Shown here piece after piece: positions 15,827-23,900 of a DNA stretch of 24,000 bases (position 1 is its first letter; each line of letters opens with the position of its first letter). A program made the position numbers and the translations under genes. Under the pieces are notes generated by a model. That model searched no databases, had not been told where the DNA came from, and saw only the letters and a program-made list of their open reading frames with translations. The stretch is taken from contig DASTTB010000015.1 of NCBI GenBank assembly GCA_035760365.1, positions 255,161-279,160 of the forward strand, in the 5' to 3' direction. Source of the stretch: Pyrinomonadaceae bacterium. Lineage in GTDB: Bacteria; Acidobacteriota; Blastocatellia; Pyrinomonadales; Pyrinomonadaceae.

Positions 15827-17011
15827 TTATGCAATTCGACTGCATTTGTTAAGGTCGTCTTGCAGCGGTACCCCATTGAGGCATAACAGTCGGTAGGTTC
15901 GTTCGATAGTGTCTCGGTCCGCGTGCCACACGGTAGACGGGATCTTGAGCACGTTACAGACCTCCGCTACTGCTCGCATTCCCTTTTGCCACGAATCGTC
16001 GAACTCGGAAACCGCTGCGCGCGAGAACAATCCCGCTATCTTCCATGCCTCCAAGTGCGCGTTTTCCAGACGAATGCTGGGGTGTGGATGTGATTGCAGC
16101 ATTCCGGGATGCGGATTCACGCCAACGGATGGAATCTCGCGACTTCTTTCCTGCCCGAAAAGCACAAACGTGAACGCCATCGCAATGGACCACACGCGAA
16201 GCGCCTCACCAGCGGATTTGAAAATACTTTGCGGACCATACAAAGCTGAGAACCACTCGTTTACAGTGAATACCACAGCGAAAGAGTCCGCCTGAAGTTC
16301 GATCACCTGGCTTGGAATTGCAGGAAGCTGGCATGGTCCAGTCTCATCGACAAACGGTCCGAAGTCTTTTCGAATCTTTCTTGCGAACTTGTCGTGCCCC
16401 AGACACCAATGTCCGATCTCGTGAAAGAACACGAAGTCGAGGGCGAACATCGTGAGGTATCCGGCAAAGACGGCGCGTTCGCCTTTCGCCAATGTCGCGC
16501 CACTGCCTTTCGGCAAAGACTGAAGCGCGGCGCCGACAGACAAGTTCCAGTTCCACGCTGAAAGATCGTCAAACCACTTGACCTGCTTGTTCGGTTCTCC
16601 GACGTCCGGAAGTACCTCGGGATGCGACAACAGAACCTGGAAAAAGTATCCCAGGTCCCAAACGGCCCCCGTAAAGACGCCGATGAACGCCGATTTCCGT
16701 ATTCCCGTAACCGCTGCGTTTAAATGCGGATTGTCTACCAAATCAACGTACGCTGAACGAAGCGCGCGTGAGTAAAGACCGCCGCGCTGCATCTTTCGCA
16801 GGTAGTCCCAGTAACGTCGCTTGAACCAACCGGGAAGAAGCGCCGCGTTATCCTCCGGTTTGATGTTGTACCTGCCGCCAAAGGGTTCGAAGAACTTTTT
16901 GAATAGAGCCCCGCGGAGTGGCATTCGCGGAACGGCGGAAGCGTCGTAGGCCGGGAACCACGGATCAAAAACAAATTGTGAGGTCACTTCGTTTGCCGGC
17001 ATTTCATTCAC
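15827..17011 (-). CDS. Hypothetical protein with an ImmA/IrrE (M78)-like HExxH metalloprotease motif
   Basis: 394-aa ORF. FFHEIGHWCLGH (His197 codon at 16421-16423) is followed about 37 residues later by IELQADSFAV, resembling the HExGH...E.xA[ND].FA pattern of COG2856/M78 peptidases. GTG start at 17011; alternative ATG at 17002. Confidence 0.75.
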   Translation of the reverse strand: MNEMPANEVTSQFVFDPWFPAYDASAVPRMPLRGALFKKFFEPFGGRYNIKPEDNAALLPGWFKRRYWDYLRKMQRGGLYSRALRSAYVDLVDNPHLNAAVTGIRKSAFIGVFTGAVWDLGYFFQVLLSHPEVLPDVGEPNKQVKWFDDLSAWNWNLSVGAALQSLPKGSGATLAKGERAVFAGYLTMFALDFVFFHEIGHWCLGHDKFARKIRKDFGPFVDETGPCQLPAIPSQVIELQADSFAVVFTVNEWFSALYGPQSIFKSAGEALRVWSIAMAFTFVLFGQERSREIPSVGVNPHPGMLQSHPHPSIRLENAHLEAWKIAGLFSRAAVSEFDDSWQKGMRAVAEVCNVLKIPSTVWHADRDTIERTYRLLCLNGVPLQDDLNKCSRIA

Positions 17012-17035
17012 ACTGACAGCGGCAGAAACTATAAT
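17007..17035 (+). promoter_or_regulatory. Near-consensus sigma70-type promoter (TTCACA-N17-TATAAT) for the isocitrate-lyase-like gene
   Basis: -35 ttcaca at 17007-17012, a 17-nt spacer, -10 tataat at 17030-17035. ATG 17045 begins 9 nt after the -10 box, implying a leaderless or near-leaderless mRNA. The -35 overlaps the start codon of the divergent gene. Confidence 0.45.
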
Positions 17036-17044
17036 TCACATGAA

Positions 17045-17848
17045 ATGAACGACCTGGACCAAAAACAACTCTCACTCGAATCGGAGCCGGAAGAAATAAA
17101 AGCCCTGTTCGCGAAGCTGGTTGTTTTTCTGCAAGGTGCAAACCGGAAATGGATCGACACAACAGCTCGTAGGCTTTCCGAAGAAGACATTCGCGAGTAC
17201 TTGCTCAGCTATACCGAGTTCGGAGGACAGTCCGACATCTCTCGACTGCTTCACGCGTATGTCGTCACAAAAGCGCTGCTCGACGCCGGTTCGTCCATCA
17301 TCGAATTCGGCGATGACTTACCGCGAACGGATGATGACGGCCGAGTGCTTGGTCCAACACGTTACCTGCTGGAAAAGATCAATGCCGCCCGCTTTGCGGC
17401 CGACGTTTGCGGCACATCGACGATACTGATGGCCACGACGTTCGCGAGGGTCGCGCAATACGTGAGCTCTGACATCGATCCGCGCGATCGTGAATTTATA
17501 TGCGGTCAGCGCACGGCGGCGGGAGTGTTTCCCTACCGAGCCAGCTTGAGGGCTGCTATCGCACGAGGCCTCGCTTACGCTCCGTACGCTGATCTCGTCT
17601 GCTTTGAGTGCCCGACCGTCGACTTGTCCGAAGCCCAGGAATTCGCCAAAAGTGTTCACGCGGAGATTCCACAGCGCTTCCTCGCTTACAACTGTTCAGC
17701 CCTGCACAAAGAGAACAAACTCGAACGTAAAGATATCGAAGAGATCCAACGCAAACTGGGACGCATGGGTTATGTTTTGCTGTTCAGTTCGCTTGGCGGC
17801 TTCGGAACGCTGGTCCGAACTGCAAACTCCGCCGGAGCTTTCAGGTGA
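17045..17848 (+). CDS. Truncated isocitrate lyase homologue lacking the catalytic KKCGH loop (pseudoenzyme or gene remnant)
   Basis: 267-aa intact ORF. RGLAYAPYADLV (17564-17599) is identical to the segment I recall from E. coli AceA. FLAYNCS, INAARFAADV, DIDPRDREFICGQRT and MGY align with ICL. The position of KKCGH reads LPRTD (about 17318-17332). Roughly the first 150 and last 90 residues of a canonical ICL are absent. Confidence 0.75.
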   Translation: MNDLDQKQLSLESEPEEIKALFAKLVVFLQGANRKWIDTTARRLSEEDIREYLLSYTEFGGQSDISRLLHAYVVTKALLDAGSSIIEFGDDLPRTDDDGRVLGPTRYLLEKINAARFAADVCGTSTILMATTFARVAQYVSSDIDPRDREFICGQRTAAGVFPYRASLRAAIARGLAYAPYADLVCFECPTVDLSEAQEFAKSVHAEIPQRFLAYNCSALHKENKLERKDIEEIQRKLGRMGYVLLFSSLGGFGTLVRTANSAGAFR

Positions 17849-18317
17849 ACGGATAAAACCCAATCGCTTGAGCGCCGATCACGTAGAGTAAAAACACAAA
17901 ACTCGCCAGAAACAATACGAGGCCGGCTTTACCCCATCTCCTCTTAGTCGTTCGTAATCTCTTTACCGCAACGCTCTTTTCGTAATCGGTGTTTGCTTTA
18001 TAGCTCCTCGGAAAAACTCCGACCACCGTACAAACGATCGTAGCAACCAGCAAAACGACCGGAACGAAGACCAATATTCTCGCCGGTCGATGACTCGCGA
18101 TAAACGGATCCTTCACATACTCACGAACGGCGGCTGAGTACATTGCAATAACGATTCCGCTCGTCGTCGCTATGTACTTCAGGATCTCGGTTAAGTTATC
18201 GACACTCTTTTTGTATAACTCGTCGAACTCGACGACGGCCACGGGAGGTTCTTCGGGCGCAGCACCGATAACTACAGGCGTTGTCTTTAGGTCAGGACTA
18301 CTTTTCATCGCTGACAT
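17841..18317 (-). CDS. Small integral membrane protein (about 3 predicted TM segments)
   Basis: 158-aa ORF. Hydrophobic stretches YIATTSGIVIAMYSAAV, ILVFVPVVLLVATIVCTVVGVF and AGLVLFLASFVFLLYVIGAQAIGF. Its start overlaps the upstream gene by 20 nt. Its stop overlaps the convergent ICL-like stop within tcaggtga (17841-17848). Confidence 0.7.
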   Translation of the reverse strand: MSAMKSSPDLKTTPVVIGAAPEEPPVAVVEFDELYKKSVDNLTEILKYIATTSGIVIAMYSAAVREYVKDPFIASHRPARILVFVPVVLLVATIVCTVVGVFPRSYKANTDYEKSVAVKRLRTTKRRWGKAGLVLFLASFVFLLYVIGAQAIGFYPFT

Positions 18318-18519
18318 CCAGGACCATCAGGAGATTGAACGTTTCCGGACTTATCGAGATCGAGTTTGCGGTTCCACAATGTTCACAGTAGAAGTTGACG
18401 CGTCTGGGTTGCATCAGATTGAGGACTTGCAGACCGAACAGTTCTCGCCTCTCGTCGGCCGGCAACTTCATTCCACTGACCTCGCTGCACTTGCGACATA
18501 TAAAATGTAGGGCTTCCAT
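18298..18519 (-). CDS. Small zinc-ribbon protein (CxxC...CxxC)
   Basis: MEALHFICRKCSEV...NFYCEHCGTAN has two CxxC pairs. ATG 18519 is preceded by GAGGA about 7 nt upstream. The ORF track extends to a TTG start at 18627, adding a 36-residue low-complexity N-extension with AGGAAG upstream, so the start is uncertain. Confidence 0.5.
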   Translation of the reverse strand: MEALHFICRKCSEVSGMKLPADERRELFGLQVLNLMQPRRVNFYCEHCGTANSISISPETFNLLMVLDVSDEK

Positions 18520-18711
18520 AATCGATCCTCTGAGCGGCAAGTTGTCCCTGGATTGCGCGGCAGTTCGACTGTTCGCGAGCACGTGAGGGTCATATTTTGA
18601 CTTGCGGGAGAGAGATTGGTCAACCAAATCCGTGTTCTTCCTGTGTACGCAACATCAGCTAAGGCAGCGCTCATAGGGAACACGGATAAAAACGAATTTC
18701 AAATTAGGATA

Positions 18712-20913
18712 CTACCAACGCTTCGCGGCAATGATGTATAACCGGCTGGCGGTCGCGACGTAAAGTGAATCGCCGTTCACGGTCGGACGCGAATAGAGCG
18801 GCGCATCCATCTGAATCTCACCCAGCAATTCCTTTTTGCGTCCCGCACGAAGAACGGTCATAAGTCCTTCAGCGTTTCCAACGTAAAGGCGATCGCCCGC
18901 GAGCAGGAAACATCCCCAGATCGCATCGTTCGTCTCGTGCTTCCATAGATGCGCGCCGGTGACAGCGTCAAGACAATGAACGGTTCCGCTCAAGTCGCCA
19001 ACATACAGCAGACCATCCTTTACGATCGGCGTTCCCACCACGCGGCCGACTTGGGATGAACGCCACAAGAGCCCGCTCTTCGTAACGTCGCCCTGGCCGT
19101 TGGGACTGACGGCGTAAACAAACGACGGCGCATTGCCGTGCCCCGGAGATTGGCCCATCGCGATGAAGACACGGCCGTCGGCGAAGACGGGCGAAGCGAT
19201 GATCGAACTACGCGAAAACACACCCGGACGTGGAAGAAAGCGCGCGTCTTTCGGATTGCCGTCAAAGCGCCATACTTCCTGCCCCGACACACCATCGAAA
19301 GCGCGCAGCACACCGTCTCCACCGCCGTAGAACACCTGAATACGCCCGTTGACGTTGCCCGCCGCGGGACTGGCCCAGTCGCCGTGCAGCACACGATCTC
19401 CGGCTCCGATCGCACGCCAGACGACTTCGCCCGAGTGCTTGTTCACCGCGATCAGGTTTGGAGCGCGTGGCGATGGAACGCGCGTGTGGCCTTCATTCTG
19501 TCCGTTTGAAGTACCGACGACGAGCAGATCACCCAGCGGCAACACTTCACTGTTGCACGCTTCGTGAGGAAAGACTCCGAGCGCGGGCATGTCGACTTGC
19601 CAGATGATGTCGGCGGCTGCGTTGTCTTTGAAGACCTCGTCGCGATATGGACCATCGTTTTCGCCGTCGCCGAAACCTTTCGTGTCGAGAGAACGGAGTT
19701 GACACTCGGCGTTGACGTAGTACAGGCGATCGCCTTCGACGTAAGGAACGCTTGTCGTCGAAGGCAAAAGGAACTCTCTCAGGCCGCGTCGCGCGACTCG
19801 CGGGGCCACGTCCTGCCAAAGGAACGCGCCGTCCGTCACGCGAAACGCCATGAGCACGCCTGCGTCATCCTGAAACGCGGGATTCATTTGCCGCGTGTTG
19901 TCAGTGCCGACATAAACCACAGCGCCGGCGACGACCGGACTGCCATACACTTCGTTTCCCAACTCGACGCTCCAGACGATGTTTCGCCCCGTGTTTGTAT
20001 CCCAGTCAACGGGAGGATTGCCGGTTTGCGTGACGATCGTCTGGAGTTGGATCGAAGGCACTGGCGCGTTGGTTGGGGCGACAGAGTTTGCGGATTCGAT
20101 TCCGGCGATGCGGTTCAACGCCCACTCGACTTCGTGACGCAGTACGGGATCCTTTGCGGCTGCTTTCAGTGGTTCCTGGGCTGAGCGAGCCTTCGGCCCG
20201 ATGCTTCCAAGCGCCCCGGCCGCGCAGATGCGAACATACAGAAACTCATCCTTCAGCGCTTCGATCAGTTGAGGCACCGCCGGCGCCGCGCCTGGGCCAA
20301 TGGTTCCGAGAGCTTCACCTGCGGCCCAGCGGACGCCGGGCGTCGGATCGCTCAACGCTCTAGCGAGATCCTTAGTCGCCGCGACTGCTTTCGGACCGAT
20401 GGATGCCAACGCCTCCGCCGCGTAAATGCGAACGTGTGGTTCCTCATGCGAGAGCGCATGGACCAGGGCGCGTACCGAAGGACTCGCCTTGTCACGCAAC
20501 GCGCCGAGTGCACGTGCGGCATCGGCTGCAACCATCGAATCTTCGTCTCTGAGCGCGCGTCTCAACGCCGGTTGAACTGAAACCGAATCGGGCGCGAGAT
20601 CGATAAAAGCATCAGCGGCAAAGCGCCGGAAAGAGACCTGCTGATGACGAAGGAGTTCCAGCAGCAACGGAATTGCGGGTGGACCGATCTGGCGAATGAT
20701 TTCAAACGTCTCCTCGTGAAGCGCGTCGTCGTCGGTGTTGAGGAATCGTCTGAGTAAAGGCAACGAACGCACGCCGTCATGGACGAGCGCGGCTTCGGCG
20801 GTTGTGCGGATCTTCGCGTCGTTGGACATCAGACGATCTGCCCAACGTTTGGTTTGCGCGACTGATTGGATCGGAAGAATAAGCAGCAGCGTGAAGATAA
20901 AGACGTGTCGCAT
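18712..20913 (-). CDS. Secreted HEAT-repeat plus PQQ-like (BamB-like) beta-propeller protein
   Basis: 733-aa ORF. Signal peptide MRHVFIFTLLLILPIQSVAQ. HEAT/PBS-lyase-type repeats (VRIYAAEALASIGPKAV, VRWAAGEALGTIGPGAAPAVPQLIEAL, VRICAAGALGSIGPKA). Repeated propeller blades follow (VVYVGTDN, GEVVWRA, LYVGDLSGTVHCLDAVTGAHLWKH). It starts 6 nt after the upstream stop. Confidence 0.85.
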   Translation of the reverse strand: MRHVFIFTLLLILPIQSVAQTKRWADRLMSNDAKIRTTAEAALVHDGVRSLPLLRRFLNTDDDALHEETFEIIRQIGPPAIPLLLELLRHQQVSFRRFAADAFIDLAPDSVSVQPALRRALRDEDSMVAADAARALGALRDKASPSVRALVHALSHEEPHVRIYAAEALASIGPKAVAATKDLARALSDPTPGVRWAAGEALGTIGPGAAPAVPQLIEALKDEFLYVRICAAGALGSIGPKARSAQEPLKAAAKDPVLRHEVEWALNRIAGIESANSVAPTNAPVPSIQLQTIVTQTGNPPVDWDTNTGRNIVWSVELGNEVYGSPVVAGAVVYVGTDNTRQMNPAFQDDAGVLMAFRVTDGAFLWQDVAPRVARRGLREFLLPSTTSVPYVEGDRLYYVNAECQLRSLDTKGFGDGENDGPYRDEVFKDNAAADIIWQVDMPALGVFPHEACNSEVLPLGDLLVVGTSNGQNEGHTRVPSPRAPNLIAVNKHSGEVVWRAIGAGDRVLHGDWASPAAGNVNGRIQVFYGGGDGVLRAFDGVSGQEVWRFDGNPKDARFLPRPGVFSRSSIIASPVFADGRVFIAMGQSPGHGNAPSFVYAVSPNGQGDVTKSGLLWRSSQVGRVVGTPIVKDGLLYVGDLSGTVHCLDAVTGAHLWKHETNDAIWGCFLLAGDRLYVGNAEGLMTVLRAGRKKELLGEIQMDAPLYSRPTVNGDSLYVATASRLYIIAAKRW

Positions 20914-20919
20914 TGTTCA

Positions 20920-23900
20920 TTAGCGTGCGTCGCCGATCAGCGCAAAGCCGGCCCAATAATATGGATGTTGAGTCTCGGCTAATCGCCGAACCGACAAAAC
21001 GCTTTGATGTAAAGCGCGACCTTTGGACACCGGACTCTTGATAGAAGAATAAAATTCATTGAAAAGCGTCGATTGTGTTCGCGATTCAACCTGCCAACGA
21101 CTCACCAACGTCGCACGCGTGCCCGCCACAAACCATCCCCACGAAAAACCAACCGCAGCCTCGCCGCTGATGCCGGGTTTCGACTGCGCCGTCGATAAAA
21201 CAACGAGCTCGGCACTCGATGGCAGATTCATGATTTCACGAATCTGGAGAAACCCGTCTTGCCCGTCTCGTTCGCCTGTCGCAGACGAGAGCCCGATAAA
21301 CGACGACATCGGACTGGCGTCATCCAAAATGGCAGGCCCAGCGAAATGCATGATCTTTGCTCGCGAAATATCAGATTTCACCTGCTCTTCGTTTGCTTTC
21401 GGACCGACAGACAGGTGGGTTGTCGTTGGACCATAGGCCGTCGCGATACGCCTGAGCTCTTCTTCCTGCGCGGGAGACGATTCCAGCTTTACCCCGGCGT
21501 GAGCGAGCTCGGATCGAGTCGTAAACTCTTTCGACAACTCCGGATTTCCATACGCGAACAAATTGAGCCGCCCAACCGGCCCTGGAAGCGCCGGCTTTCT
21601 CATCTCACGCAGCGCCGAAAGCGATGGCGCGTACGAGACCTGCCTGTGGTCCACTACATACTGCTCCTCATCAGGTTGCAACGCTTCGAATGGCAAATGC
21701 CAAAGCATACCGTCGGGCACAAAGATCAGTTTCGACTTGAGCGCGATCTGGTCCTCCGCCGGCTTTACCAGCAACTCGTAGAGTTCGCGCGCGAGTTCAT
21801 CAAAGTTATCGGCGCGTGAGCTGAGTAATTGCTGAAACTGTCGCACTCTTGAGGCGAGTTGATTGTGTCTGATTTCCAGCGGATAAACTTTCAGATTGAT
21901 CTCGAACTGCCGTTTTCTTTGCGGGTTCTTTCCGGCAGCCTTGTCGGCGGTTAAGACGAACAGGTACGTGTTGTTCTCAGTGATCGTATATTCGAGAAGC
22001 GCCGTTGACGTGTCCGTGATCAGTAAACGCAGGTCGTCCAGTTTGAGTGGCGGCAGCTCACCGCGAATGATTTTCAAACCCGGATTGACGGTGAACACTT
22101 TCTGGCGAAACTCAGCGTACGACGCGCGAGCCCTTCGCAACTTGTCGCGCAGTTCGAGCCTTCGTGTTTCATTCGATAACCGTCGTTCTTCTTCACGATC
22201 GAGTTGAATTTGAAGCGAAGCAACCTCACCCGATAAACGTTGCTCCTGGCGACGCTGTTCGACGGAGAGCCCTTTCTGAGGAGTGACGTTGTTGTTCTTC
22301 AGTAGATCGATCAGCGATTGCGTCTTCGCACGTTCTGCATATTGAAACGCCTCGCTGGGACGATGCTGGTCCATCAAAAAGTCGATTGCGGCCAGATACG
22401 GCAACGTTCGGTTGTGATCGCCGATCCCTACGGCGGGCGATTCCGACCGGAGCGATTCCACCGTTGCGATCGCACCGGTCAACGCGCTGTACGCCTGCGG
22501 TCCATTTTCCAACTTTGCATGGGCCTTGCCCGCCAGCATCCGCGCGTACCATTGAAGTTCGCTGTTACCGAGACCTGTCGCGATCGTTACCGCGCTCTCG
22601 GCAGCGTTAAGCGCCTTTGTAAAATCCTTCTGAAGTAGAAACGCCTCAGAGACTCGCGTCAAAACTTCCGCCATTCTTTCCTGTTTACCAACAGACTTGA
22701 ACAAGCCGAGTGCTTTTTCGAAACTGTCTAACGCGTCGGAGTAATTCTTCTGGCGCAGGAGCGTAGAACCGATGCCGGCGAGCACGTCGCCCTGCCCCGA
22801 CTGGTCGTCCATCGCTTCACGTAACGCGAGGGCTTGACGGTACGAACTGAGCGAGGAGTCGTACGAAGCCTGTCGATAATAAACATTGCCTATCAGGGTC
22901 AGGACGCGCGCCATCTCGATCTTGTTTGATGTGGCTTCAAACTCTTTCAGCGCCTTGTCGTAGTAGATAAGCGCCTGGGCGTAGTCGCCCTGCAAAGCTC
23001 TGACGAAACCGATGCTGGCAAGAGTGGTGCCGATAGGAGCTTTGATCGTCTCGGCGATACTCAGGCTGTTGAGGTAATTCTCGAGCGCCGCGCCATAATC
23101 ACCGCGAGCGCGATGCACGTTGCCGATTCCCTTGAGCGCTGTGGCGAGACCGAGTTTGTCAGGTTGGGTTTTCTGAACTTCGAAACTGCGTTGATAGTTT
23201 TCGAGCGCCTCGTCGTAATTGCCCATGTAGTAGGCCGAATTTGCGGCGCCGTTCAGGGCTGCGATGGTCGCGCCGATTTCAGATCTGCCGGCTTGATCGA
23301 GCGACTTCTTGTAGAAACTCAATGCTTGCGTGTAGTCGCCCTGCATGTATAGAGCGTCGGCCAGGCGCACGACCGAATCGGAGTTGCTGTTTGCTTCAGC
23401 GCTCTTACGGAAAGCTGCGGCGGCGGCTGAATAGTTTCCCTGTCCATAATGGATCGTGCCGATCATGTTCAGGGTGTTGGCTACTTCGCGGTCGTCGCCG
23501 AGTGAGGTGAACTCCTGCAACACCTGCTGCAAAGCGGCGAGTGCTTCTGTGTCACGACGTTGCTCTTTGTAAATCAAAGCGAGGCCGGAGAGTGCTTTTG
23601 CTGATTCGTAAGGATTAGTAACCTCGGTGAAGAGGTCGCGCGCTTTTTGGTAGTGCTCCAACGCGGCCGGATAGTTCGCTTGAAAATAGAAGACAGTGCC
23701 GATGTCGAGGGACGCTGTCGCAACGCCTTCTTTATCGCCGATTTGCTCGGAGATATTTTGGGCGACTCCGTAGATATCGAACGCCGTTGAGTATCGCCCG
23801 GCCATCAATTGAGAGTGGCCTTGCCTGATCAGGGCTTTACGCAAATCAGGCGTCATCAGAGATTGATGTCTAGCAAGTAGCTGCTCGCGCTCTTCGGGAG

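Noticed and set aside
23854-23856. ATG 23856 as the start of the TPR-CHAT gene
   Set aside because: The frame stays open to position 24000 and encodes a hydrophobic, signal-peptide-like stretch (VLIALVIGVHIHAQTPP). The real start is therefore beyond the window.
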